A DNA stretch of 64,000 nt from Leptospiraceae bacterium (GTDB lineage: Bacteria; Spirochaetota; Leptospiria; Leptospirales; Leptospiraceae): positions 64,001 to 128,000 of the forward strand of contig JADJFV010000035.1 in the NCBI GenBank assembly GCA_016708435.1. The letters run 5' to 3'. The translations under genes were made by a program, and so were the position numbers. Each line of letters starts with the position of its first letter. Within the stretch, counting starts at the first letter, position 1. Shown here one piece after another: positions 9,182-18,144 of this stretch. Under the pieces are notes generated by a model. It had not been told where the DNA came from and searched no databases. It saw only the letters and a list, made by a program, of their open reading frames with translations.

Positions 9182-9240
9182 CACCATTACCCCACGCCCT
9201 TGGGAAAATCAGAATAAGTGGGCACGCCTAACATCAATAC
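9129..9240 (+). repeat. Junction: a copy of the 55-bp segment that overlaps the PIN CDS 3' end, plus an R2 copy
   Basis: Compare with 7180-7233 and 8225-8278. Confidence 0.7.
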
Positions 9241-9483
9241 ATACAGATTGACTTTTAATAGATAATTCCTTTAGCGAATGAAATCTAGGACAGGAGATTC
9301 CCCCCTATAAAACTCTACAAGCACACAAACAGCCCTCCCCCATTTTGGGATAATCTACAAAACCTATCAATATAGGACAAATATGAATTTGTTGTTTACG
9401 AATTTTAGTAGGATGAATTTCTTCTGAAGCACTGGAATGTGTTCACGGGAATAAGAGTTTTTGTCGTAGGTGAGATTATAAAA

Positions 9484-9523
9484 TCTTTATCCATAAAAAC
9501 GACCTATTTTTATGGATAAAGAT
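9484..9523 (-). terminator. Perfect 16-bp stem-loop (TCTTTATCCATAAAAA / TTTTTATGGATAAAGA), a likely bidirectional terminator downstream of the LamG gene
   Basis: The inverted repeat is visible directly. The stem is AT-rich and sits 20 bp past the stop of the minus-strand gene. Confidence 0.4.
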
Positions 9524-9543
9524 TGTAAGGTGTATAGAATTTC

Positions 9544-10682
9544 TTAGTTTGAATTGGCTCCAGAAGAAATCCAATTGGCATCAGTCATGTTTTGAAGTGT
9601 GCCATTGAAACTACCTTTTTCATCAATTAGGGTTGTTCCACTAGTTGAATCAAATTTATAATAAGCAATTAAATTTGATTCTCCGGTTGGATTGCTTAAA
9701 GGAGTGTTTCTATTATTTTGGATTTCTGCTTGTGTTCTTGCCACTTTCCAGATGCGTAGATCATCCATTTTTCCTTTATAGAAAAAACCGGAAGAGGTTG
9801 GTGGATTACTACCAGGTTGTGCACCTAAAGTAACAGGACCTAAAGTGGCACTAGTTGTAGTGTCTACAGTACCAGTAATCGCACCTGCAATAAGAGTTCC
9901 ATTTTTATATACTTTGAGTCTATCTGCAGCGGCTAGCGTACCATCAAAAACTACAGCTATATGCGTCCACGTGGAAAGTGTAATACTAGCTGCTCCAGTA
10001 CCCCTGTAACCAGGCTGTGTATTATTTTGAAAAACGTTCAGCCCCGTACCCGAAAGTTCAATGTCGATTTTTGGAATGTCGCTAGTTACTTTGGTACCCA
10101 AAATAGTTACTCCAGACTCAATCAATACCCACATTTCAATTGTATAAGCAGATGCACCTCTAAGATCTGGAATCGTTCCAATAGTAACATGTTGTTTTAA
10201 AGCAACAGCACCAAACTCAAGGGCATTTCCAAACCCAAGTGTTACACATGCAATAGATATGTTAGTCACATTCGCAGTTGCCGTCCCTGTTCCACTTGAA
10301 ACCGTGCAGGTTAATCCAGTTGGTTGCGTTTTCACTGTCACAGCATAAGCCGCTGTTTTCGTTGCAAACGTGAACGTTGTCGCACCACTGGCTACAGTCA
10401 AATCGTCTCCTGCATTGTTCTGAAGCACAAGCCCAGTTGCAGTAAGTCCTGTGATTGTTCCACCGATTGCATAAGTTGCTGCCGCTCCAGTTCCAGTTCT
10501 GTAGCTGTAGCCGTCGCCACTGTTCCACTTCCTCTAGAAGCGAGTGCCGCCGCTGCGAATAGAGGTGTTTTATCATCCTCTTTTTTATTACAATTTATAA
10601 ACGTCAAAGTAGTTGCTAGGGCAATTACTGTGAGGCATTCTATCCATAGACTAAGTTCTTTTTTATTGGTTTTATTTTCCAT
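9544..10682 (-). pseudogene. LamG/concanavalin-A-like lectin-domain lipoprotein, apparently frameshifted
   Basis: The N-terminal ORF (10398-10682) has a signal peptide and a lipobox (TFINC). The body ORF (9544-10428) is Gly/Thr-rich LamG-like (DDLRIWKVARTQAEI). The two frames differ. The in-frame stop of the body frame is at 10534-10536. A GCTACA x2 tandem lies at the junction. Confidence 0.5.
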
Positions 10683-10808
10683 TTAGTTCTCCTAAATTTG
10701 TTTGAATCTTCTTAGTTTTCAGCCTACTCGCGACTCAGTCTCTAAAGGCAACCGGTTTGAACTTGGAAATTTGGTAGAAGAGCAGTTTTTTTGTTAAAAA
10801 TCTGTAGA

Positions 10809-10830
10809 AATTTAGGACTAGTCCTAAATT
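10809..10830. promoter_or_regulatory. 22-bp perfect palindrome AATTTAGGACTAGTCCTAAATT, ~140 bp upstream of the AAA-ATPase_like gene
   Basis: It is a perfect inverted repeat. A second copy lies at 15483-15506 in the divergent promoter region of the response regulator. Confidence 0.5.
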
Positions 10831-10968
10831 TTAGCATATTGCAATGTTTGATATTTTGGAAATAAATTTCATTTTTGTGAAAAAGGAAGATTTTGCCACC
10901 AATTAAGCCGATGAACACCGATTTTCTTTTAGCTTTACAAAAGGATAAAATCTTTCAAATCTGTAATT

Positions 10969-12735
10969 ATGCTCAAAATAGCTTACGGAGAAGCCAGCTT
11001 CGATAATTTAAAAAGTCAGGGTGCTACTTACATAGATAAAACTATGTTTATTCCCTTGATGGAAATCCATACAAAGTTCTTTTTCATCCGCCCTCGTAGG
11101 TTTGGAAAAAGTCTTTGGATAAGCGTATTACAAGCATACTACGATGTTGCAAAATCGGATAAATTCGATACTCTGTTTGATGGTTTGTATATTAAGGACA
11201 ATCCTACAGATTATAAAAATTCTTATCTCATTCTTAAATTTGATTTTTCTGGTATTAATACAGAGAATGAAGAGAGTTTGAAAAGCGATTTTACTTTTCG
11301 AATCAGAAGACAGGTGATTAGCTTTTTTAAATATTATAAAAGTTTTTTTAATGATGTATTTTTGGGAAGTATAGAAGAAAATTTTAAGAATCTTTCCTCG
11401 AGCCAATTGATAGCAAGAATAAAGGATGAAGTAAAATTAATAGATAAAAAACTCTATGTTCTAATTGACGAATACGATCACTTTGCCAACAAACTCGCCT
11501 CTGAGGGAAGAGAATCTTTTATTAAAAATATAATGTCCAGTGCAGGTTTTGTCAGAGAGTTTTATGAGCAGTTGAAAATTGCAAGCGGCGAAGGTGTGAT
11601 AGAGCGATTTTTTATCACAGGTGTTTCGCCAATCATGTTGGATGAGTTATCGAGTGGATTTAATATTACAAGCGATATGACAACCGATATTGATTTTAAC
11701 GAAATGCTGGGATTTACTAGTGATGAGGTCAAGGGCTTACTCAATAAAGTTGGTGATGAAAGATATTTAGATAAATCCAAAGACGAAGTTTTTCAAGATA
11801 TGGTTCATTATTATAATGGATATCGTTTTTGTGATGAAGCAGAAAAAACTCTATTTAATTCGGATATGGTTTTGTATTTTTTAGAATATTTTAATCGGAG
11901 AGGTTATCCAAAAGAATTACTCGATGAAAATGTGAAAACCGATTACAATAAACTTCGCGGACTCATCATCGGCACTAGCGGCAAAGAAAAATTACAATCT
12001 ATCATCGAAGAAATAAATTTGAACAGTTCTCTGAGTCTAACACTCGTTAAACGCTTCAACTTCTCCCAAAGGTTCAGCGATAACGAACTTAAATCATTAC
12101 TTTTTTATCTTGGGCTTCTTACTTTTTCCAATAAACCAAATCAATTTGCAATTCCCAATTACGTAATTCGCACACTCTATTGGGAATATTTACGGAAATT
12201 TCTGGAAGAAAGTCTCACAATTGAGTTTGATATGCGATTGTTGAATAATGCAATTTACGGTATGGCTGAGACCGGAGACCCTTCTGGATTAAAAGAACTC
12301 GCTGTAGATTTCTTTCAGAAGAAACTATCTAGTTATGACTACACCAATTTTTCAGAGAAGCATGTTAAATTTCTTTTTGTCTGCTATTTTACTTTGAGTA
12401 AGTTATATAACATTATCTCCGAGCGAGAAATCTCCGAAAGGAAGCGAATTGATTTATTATTCGAAGCTCATCCGGCTTATTATGAGTATGTGCAGTTTAA
12501 CTTTATCCTCGAGTTCAAATACATTCGTAAAGAAGATAGTGAGTCAGTCGCCTTAAAAAAGAAAGAAGATGCAATCAAACAAGCTGCTGAATACTACGAA
12601 ATCTACAAACGAGATTTTAAACAATTTGGTCGCGGACTTCGCTCTGTGGCAATGCTTGTTAGTCACACTAGAGACGTGGAAGTAATTGAAGTCGGTGGAT
12701 TTGGGGAGAATTTTTACAAAGAATCATTTTTCTAA
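10969..12735 (+). CDS. AAA-ATPase_like (PF09820) N-terminal domain fused to a PD-(D/E)XK nuclease domain (PDDEXK_9/DUF1703)
   Basis: The hallmark is ATYIDKTMFIPLM...FFFIRPRRFGKSLWIS. The C-terminal RIDLLFEA...FILEFKY has the D-E-K triad. Confidence 0.75.
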   Translation: MLKIAYGEASFDNLKSQGATYIDKTMFIPLMEIHTKFFFIRPRRFGKSLWISVLQAYYDVAKSDKFDTLFDGLYIKDNPTDYKNSYLILKFDFSGINTENEESLKSDFTFRIRRQVISFFKYYKSFFNDVFLGSIEENFKNLSSSQLIARIKDEVKLIDKKLYVLIDEYDHFANKLASEGRESFIKNIMSSAGFVREFYEQLKIASGEGVIERFFITGVSPIMLDELSSGFNITSDMTTDIDFNEMLGFTSDEVKGLLNKVGDERYLDKSKDEVFQDMVHYYNGYRFCDEAEKTLFNSDMVLYFLEYFNRRGYPKELLDENVKTDYNKLRGLIIGTSGKEKLQSIIEEINLNSSLSLTLVKRFNFSQRFSDNELKSLLFYLGLLTFSNKPNQFAIPNYVIRTLYWEYLRKFLEESLTIEFDMRLLNNAIYGMAETGDPSGLKELAVDFFQKKLSSYDYTNFSEKHVKFLFVCYFTLSKLYNIISEREISERKRIDLLFEAHPAYYEYVQFNFILEFKYIRKEDSESVALKKKEDAIKQAAEYYEIYKRDFKQFGRGLRSVAMLVSHTRDVEVIEVGGFGENFYKESFF

Positions 12736-12758
12736 TAAATGGAATCCCAAGTATTAAA

Positions 12759-14816
12759 ATGAAACAAATCAAAAATAAAGAATATCGTAAAAAAAAGAAT
12801 GTTATGGAAATCACGATTAGCCGCATTCTACAAACGGCAACGCTACTATTCTTTATTCTAGCCAGTATTGTATTTCAAGCCTGCACTAGCGAAAAAAAGA
12901 TTTTTCCAAAAGCAGAGAAAGGTATTCTTGATTTGCGATCTGCATCCATTGATTCCGAAATAAGTTTAGATGGAGAATGGGAATTTTATCTCTTTACGTT
13001 TATTGATCCAACAAATCCAAACTTAAACCCAGAAAAACAATTCATCCAAGTCCCTGGAATTTGGAATCAGGCAATGAAACAGGGAAAGGGTTATGCAAGT
13101 TATAGACTCCAAGTCTTGTTACCCGATACAAATTCTATTCCTCTCGCTTTTAAGGTTATGGAGAACGGGACTGCCTATAAAATGTTTGTCAACGGAATAG
13201 AAGTAGCGGCTAACGGGCAAATAGGAAAGACAAAGGAAGAAAATATCGCAGAGCATTTGCCACTTGTTGTCCCACTAAAAAACTATTCCCCAAAAATAGA
13301 AATTGTATTTCATGTGTCAAATTTTCATTATACGGATGGAGGACTTTGGTATTCAATTCAGTTGGGAGAGGATTCCAAAATCAGAAAAGCAAAAGAAAAC
13401 AAAATGCTTCTCACATTGTTTTTATGTGGAAGCATTTCAATCATGGCAATTTATCATATTGCCGTTTATCTTTTTAGAAGAAAGGATAAGTCTGCTTTAG
13501 CTTTTAGTCTTTTTTGTATCGCGATAGATTTTAGGCTTCTTGGATTCAATGAAAAGTTTTTGAATCAAATTTTTGTGGGAGATTATTTTCTAATTCTAAA
13601 TCGGATTGAATACCTGGCTTATTATTTGGCGATTCCGTTCTTTGCTAGCTTTCAGCAAATTATTTTTCCAAATGAATTTAGAAAAATATTCTTACATTTT
13701 TTTTTGATTATCTCTTCTTTATTTTCTTTAGTGGTTCTTTTGTTTGATAGTTTTATTTATACACATACAGCCTTTTACTATCATATCTATGTTCTTTTTT
13801 TTATGGGCTATTCAACGTTTGTAATGATAAAAGCAGTAACCAATAATAGAGATGGATCTAAAATTTTTACCTTTGGAATGTTTCTTCTTTTTGCTGTAAC
13901 AATAAATGATATTCTTCATTCTAAGACAATTATTCAAACAGAATTTATGGCTCCCTATGGAATGTTTGGATTTATTTTTATTCAATCCATAATGCTTTCG
14001 ATGAGATTCTCAAAGGGATTTAACATGGCAGAAAAATTAAGTCACGAACTTATACTACTCAATGCAAGTCTTGAAGATAAAATTTTAGAGCGAACAAAAG
14101 AATTAACCAAAAAAAAAGAAATAGCAGAAGAAGCAAGTCTCATCAAAGATAAATTTGTTTCGATTGTATCGCATGACTTGCGATCTCCGCTCTTAGGTGT
14201 ATCGAATATACTTGAAATCATTGACAAAAAAGAAATCGTTACAACCGAAGAAGAAAGAAAACAATTTTTAGAAATGTCTCGCGAGAGTATTAAATTTTCT
14301 TTGAAAATGATAAATGAATTATTAAACTTAAGTCGTATTGAAACCGGCAAAATCAAAGTTAAAAAACAGAATATTTCCGTGCAAGAAATGACTAAATTAT
14401 TTCTAAAAGAATTGGAACCGCAAGCTAAATTAAAAAATATTACAATCAAAACCGAAATTCCATCTCTCCTTTCTATCTATATTGATTTGGAGTTATTTCC
14501 TCAAGTCTTAAAAAATTTGATTACCAATGCAATTAAGTTTACTGAGCCGGAAGGAAATATTTTGATCCGAGGAATCGCGAGCGAAAAAGAATCAATCATT
14601 GAAATTCATGATAACGGCGTTGGGATGAGCGCCGATGAACTCAATCAAATCTTTGAGCCCGGTGCCAAAAAGACAAGGCTTGGAACTTCTGGTGAAATTG
14701 GAAGTGGAATGGGATTATTTATTTGTAAATACATTGTAGATGCACACGGTGGAAAAATCCAATTCATAAGCGAAGAAGGGGTTGGAACAATTTGTAAAAT
14801 TATTTTACCGATATAG
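12759..14816 (+). CDS. Sensor histidine kinase with a 7TMR-DISM extracellular domain, 7TM region, HisKA and HATPase_c
   Basis: It has a signal/TM segment, an extracellular ~180 aa domain (WEFYLF...HYTDGGLW), then 7 TM helices. H-box is SIVSHDLRSPL. G-boxes are HDNGVGM and GSGMGL. Confidence 0.8.
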   Translation: MKQIKNKEYRKKKNVMEITISRILQTATLLFFILASIVFQACTSEKKIFPKAEKGILDLRSASIDSEISLDGEWEFYLFTFIDPTNPNLNPEKQFIQVPGIWNQAMKQGKGYASYRLQVLLPDTNSIPLAFKVMENGTAYKMFVNGIEVAANGQIGKTKEENIAEHLPLVVPLKNYSPKIEIVFHVSNFHYTDGGLWYSIQLGEDSKIRKAKENKMLLTLFLCGSISIMAIYHIAVYLFRRKDKSALAFSLFCIAIDFRLLGFNEKFLNQIFVGDYFLILNRIEYLAYYLAIPFFASFQQIIFPNEFRKIFLHFFLIISSLFSLVVLLFDSFIYTHTAFYYHIYVLFFMGYSTFVMIKAVTNNRDGSKIFTFGMFLLFAVTINDILHSKTIIQTEFMAPYGMFGFIFIQSIMLSMRFSKGFNMAEKLSHELILLNASLEDKILERTKELTKKKEIAEEASLIKDKFVSIVSHDLRSPLLGVSNILEIIDKKEIVTTEEERKQFLEMSRESIKFSLKMINELLNLSRIETGKIKVKKQNISVQEMTKLFLKELEPQAKLKNITIKTEIPSLLSIYIDLELFPQVLKNLITNAIKFTEPEGNILIRGIASEKESIIEIHDNGVGMSADELNQIFEPGAKKTRLGTSGEIGSGMGLFICKYIVDAHGGKIQFISEEGVGTICKIILPI

Positions 14817-15420
14817 AGATTTCTTCTTTTAATTTGTGTAGCAGCTCCGTGTTGTTATTCGCATTGTATTTTTTACGAAGCTTGTAGATATAGTATTCAA
14901 CTGTCTTTTCTGACTTACAAATCTTTTTTGCAATTTCGGAATATTCTAATCCTATTGCTAAGAATCCTAAAATTTCAAACTCAAGTGGTTTTAATTTTTG
15001 TTCTCTTTTCTTTTGAGTTAGATAAATTTTCAATTCATCAGAACAATAAAAAACTCCTTTCATGGCCTGCATAATAATTGTAGGCAAATAGGTAATAGGC
15101 TCTGATTTTAAAACATAGGAATCGGCTCCAAGTCTTCCTGCTTGAAAAAAACTTTGAATTCCATTGTGCATTGTAAAAATTATTATTTTTAAATTGGGAT
15201 AGTTCTCTTTTAGAATTCTGAGTAGTTCAAAATTTTGTGCTCCTGGCATGTCCAAATCCAGAATAGCTAGGTCTATCTCGTTGTTTTGCAAAAACTCTAG
15301 GACAGAATTTCCATCCTGAAAAATACCGCAGACTTCTAGCCTGATATCCGATTTTAAAACAGCTTTCACTCCTGCCGTTACAACGGAATGATCGTCTGCT
15401 ATAATGACCCTAATTTTCAT
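14800..15420 (-). CDS. Two-component response regulator, NarL/LuxR family (REC + HTH_LuxR)
   Basis: The REC domain has IIADDH and LAILDLDMPG. The C-terminal LuxR HTH is EFEILGFLAIGLEYSEIAKKICKSEKTVEYYIYKLRKK. The 3' end overlaps the HK gene convergently. Confidence 0.85.
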   Translation of the reverse strand: MKIRVIIADDHSVVTAGVKAVLKSDIRLEVCGIFQDGNSVLEFLQNNEIDLAILDLDMPGAQNFELLRILKENYPNLKIIIFTMHNGIQSFFQAGRLGADSYVLKSEPITYLPTIIMQAMKGVFYCSDELKIYLTQKKREQKLKPLEFEILGFLAIGLEYSEIAKKICKSEKTVEYYIYKLRKKYNANNNTELLHKLKEEISISVK

Positions 15421-15482
15421 GTAAATCTAAAATAAGAAACACGACTAATTTAGAAAGTCCGAAAATTTTCAAGGGAATAGAA

Positions 15483-15506
15483 AAACTAGGACTAGTCCTA
15501 AACTTT
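15483..15506. promoter_or_regulatory. Second copy of the TAGGACTAGTCCTA palindrome, in the divergent intergenic region between the RR gene and the lipoprotein gene
   Basis: AAACTAGGACTAGTCCTAAACTTT. The core 14 bp are identical to 10813-10826. Confidence 0.5.
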
Positions 15507-15717
15507 TAAACAAATTGTGCGAAAAAATTTAATTCTTGTTAAGGATAGGTAAGGCATTTATAGTTATGAGCTTTTCGGCTTTCGGATTGAAATTAGCAAA
15601 ACTGAAATAAAAGCTAGGAATAGCGTAGATAGAAAAAGAATTACTTGAAATTATTGGGATAGCTTTTATTATTTCCGGCATTCATGAAAAGGTAGCTTGA
15701 GCGCGAGGAGCAAAAAA

Positions 15718-18129
15718 ATGAAACGGGAAACCTTAGATAAAAAAATACCGACCTTATTTATCGTAATCTTTTTTACATTTTGCAATCTAGGGAACCATAA
15801 TACAAAAGAAGAAAATGAATCCTTGTTCACAAATTTGGGATTACTGTTTAGCAGAGCCAATCGACTTACTGTATCAGGCTCTGCAGTAAAAGGAATTGTT
15901 AAAAATGGAAAAGTGTCAATTAGCACCGTAGAAAAAGATGGAAGTTGTAATTCCTCTCAGAGTCTTGCCACTGGAACTACAGACATAACTGGACTCTATT
16001 CTATTTATTATAACAAAGTAGGGGGAATGATTTGTATTACTATTTCCGGCGATCAAAATACTACCATGTATGATGAGAAATCTGGAAAAGACTTACCGGT
16101 TCCATCTACTTCTGATTTTAAACTGGTTTCTATTCTTCCTGAAAGTAAATTTTCTAGTAATTCAAAAAAGAACGCTCTCATCTCTCCCTTTTCAAAATTA
16201 TTATCCAAAAGAATGGAAACCTTAATTAAGCAGGCAGGAGAAGGGGCAGATGTATCGGCACTTTACAAAAAGGCAAGCAAAGAAGTAGTCATCCGATTCG
16301 GTTTAAGTTCTGGTCTTTCAAGTGCTTCGCAAAAAAACAAACGACTTCTAGAAATCAGACCCAGTATTTTAGATTCAGATTATCCAGAATTGGATGATCT
16401 TGTAATAGAACTAGACAACCCGAATAGCCCTATCTCTGCTAAATATCTTTCTGTGCTGGCAGGTTTTTCACAACTGGCAAATTCTTACAAAAAAGAAACG
16501 GAAGTTAAAGTAACAGATGTAGATTCAGTAATAAACGCATTTGCTTCTGATTTTGAGGATGGAGTTTTTGACGGAAAAAATGGTTCGGGCAGTACAGTTA
16601 CATTGGGGGCTGGTCAAAGGCAACTAACGTTTTCTTCCAATCCTCTTACTACTATTTTGCTACCCGCGATTTCCACTTATCTGCAAGAAGGAGGAAATTT
16701 GAGCGTAGGTGTGCCAGGAACAGCAACATCTACAATCACGATAACTCAATTCACAAATCAAACTCAGTTTAATGACAATAGCCCAATCATATCTACTACA
16801 ACAACTACTACACCTACCACCACGCCAACCCCTACGCCTGTGGTAACTCCGATAACTCTCAGCATAACAGCATTTAGTTTTACGGATACTGTAAACGGTT
16901 TAAGCAAAACCTATAACGGCATAATAACTGGAAGCAATATTACAATCGATATACCCTATGGAAAGCTTACGTCCGCGATTCCTTCTATTACTACAAATGC
17001 TACTACCATCATGGCTCCTTCTGCTGTAACAAGCGGAGTAACTTTGTTAGACTTTACAAACCCTGTCACACTTACTCTAAGTGCTGCCAATGCGGCTAAT
17101 GTAGTGTATACCGTTACAGCGTATCCGATAACGCCTGTAGCAGATACAGGTCAGACGATTTGTTTTAACAATGCAACCCCTCAAGGATCTTGCGCTACTA
17201 CAACGGCCACCTTCCCAAATCAGGATGGAGAACTTTTAAATTTTCCAAATGCAAAAGGAACACAAGCTATTTCGACTAACCCCGGTTACCCAAATGATCA
17301 AATCAATCAAGATACTTTAAAAGGTATCGTTTGGAAAACATGCCACGAAGGTCAAACAGGACCAACTTGTGCTGGAGGAACAGCTTCTACCAATAATCAT
17401 GCATCAGCTACTACGCTATGTGGTAATTTGAATTCAGCAAATTCTGGAGCAGGCTATGCTGGATTAAAAAATTGGAGATTGCCGAATGTTTATGAATTGA
17501 ACCAATTATTGGAACTTAACGGTAGCACGACGAATAACAACTATTGGAATGCAACTTTTTTCCCAAATGCACCAGCAGGAGGTTTAAGCAGATGGACTTC
17601 TTCATTAATATTGCCAGCGGCTACTAGTGCTATGACCCAAACTACTGAATACATTCAAAACCAGGCTACTTCCACTCCCAATTATGTTCAATGCGTGAGT
17701 GGACCCGCTTCTCCCGCTTTTGATATGGTTGATAATGGAGATGGAACAATTTTTGATAAAAGAACTAAATTGATTTGGCAAAGATGTGCTTTTGGACAAA
17801 CTAATGATGCTACCTGTTCAGGTGCTCTCGCAACTAAAACCTGGACTAATTCATTGTTAGATTGTAAGAATTTAACTTTAGCAGGAAAGTCTTGGAGACT
17901 TCCCAATGCGAATGAATTTTTGACTCTAGTGGATTTGTCTATTACCACTGTTCCAAAAGTGAATCCTACTCTTTTTCCTAATTTTGGTGTTGCAAATTAT
18001 GAGACTAGTTCAACCAATCAAAATAATCTTGCCTATTCCCATATTTTTGATACCAATGCTACTGGCTTTTATGGATGGTCAGGGAAAGGAAGTGTTTACA
18101 ATTCCCGTTGCGTGGCTGGTCCTGAATAA
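15718..18129 (+). CDS. Large lipoprotein with an N-terminal conserved module, a Thr/Pro linker, and C-terminal 2x DUF1566 (Lcl C-terminal-like) repeats
   Basis: The lipobox is FTFCN. The linker is TTTTTPTTTPTPTP. Two DUF1566-like repeats are NWRLPNVYELNQLLEL and SWRLPNANEFLTLVDL. The first ~350 aa are ~70% identical to ORF 35091-37646. Confidence 0.7.
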   Translation: MKRETLDKKIPTLFIVIFFTFCNLGNHNTKEENESLFTNLGLLFSRANRLTVSGSAVKGIVKNGKVSISTVEKDGSCNSSQSLATGTTDITGLYSIYYNKVGGMICITISGDQNTTMYDEKSGKDLPVPSTSDFKLVSILPESKFSSNSKKNALISPFSKLLSKRMETLIKQAGEGADVSALYKKASKEVVIRFGLSSGLSSASQKNKRLLEIRPSILDSDYPELDDLVIELDNPNSPISAKYLSVLAGFSQLANSYKKETEVKVTDVDSVINAFASDFEDGVFDGKNGSGSTVTLGAGQRQLTFSSNPLTTILLPAISTYLQEGGNLSVGVPGTATSTITITQFTNQTQFNDNSPIISTTTTTTPTTTPTPTPVVTPITLSITAFSFTDTVNGLSKTYNGIITGSNITIDIPYGKLTSAIPSITTNATTIMAPSAVTSGVTLLDFTNPVTLTLSAANAANVVYTVTAYPITPVADTGQTICFNNATPQGSCATTTATFPNQDGELLNFPNAKGTQAISTNPGYPNDQINQDTLKGIVWKTCHEGQTGPTCAGGTASTNNHASATTLCGNLNSANSGAGYAGLKNWRLPNVYELNQLLELNGSTTNNNYWNATFFPNAPAGGLSRWTSSLILPAATSAMTQTTEYIQNQATSTPNYVQCVSGPASPAFDMVDNGDGTIFDKRTKLIWQRCAFGQTNDATCSGALATKTWTNSLLDCKNLTLAGKSWRLPNANEFLTLVDLSITTVPKVNPTLFPNFGVANYETSSTNQNNLAYSHIFDTNATGFYGWSGKGSVYNSRCVAGPE

Positions 18130-18144
18130 TGACTATAAGACAAA

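Noticed and set aside
6403-9240. Calling the junction repeats integron attC sites
   Set aside because: Only a partial match was found (GCCTAAC resembles R'' RYYYAAC). There is no convincing paired R' GTTRRRY at the expected distance and no intI in the window. This is kept as a hypothesis in the findings, not as an annotation.
10324-10686. Cys-rich plus-strand ORF (MRFHCHSISRCFRCKRERC...) and minus-strand ORF 10262-10576
   Set aside because: They are shadow ORFs on alternative frames of the GC/AT-skewed LamG gene. Their composition is driven by the Gly/Thr/Ala codons of the real gene.
15669-15926. Minus-strand ORF MLIDTFPFLTIPFTAEPDTVSRL... and its near-identical twin at 35069-35299 look like a conserved small protein
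   Set aside because: Both are antisense shadows of the conserved 5' ends of the two paralogous lipoprotein genes. Their similarity is explained by the duplication of the plus-strand genes.
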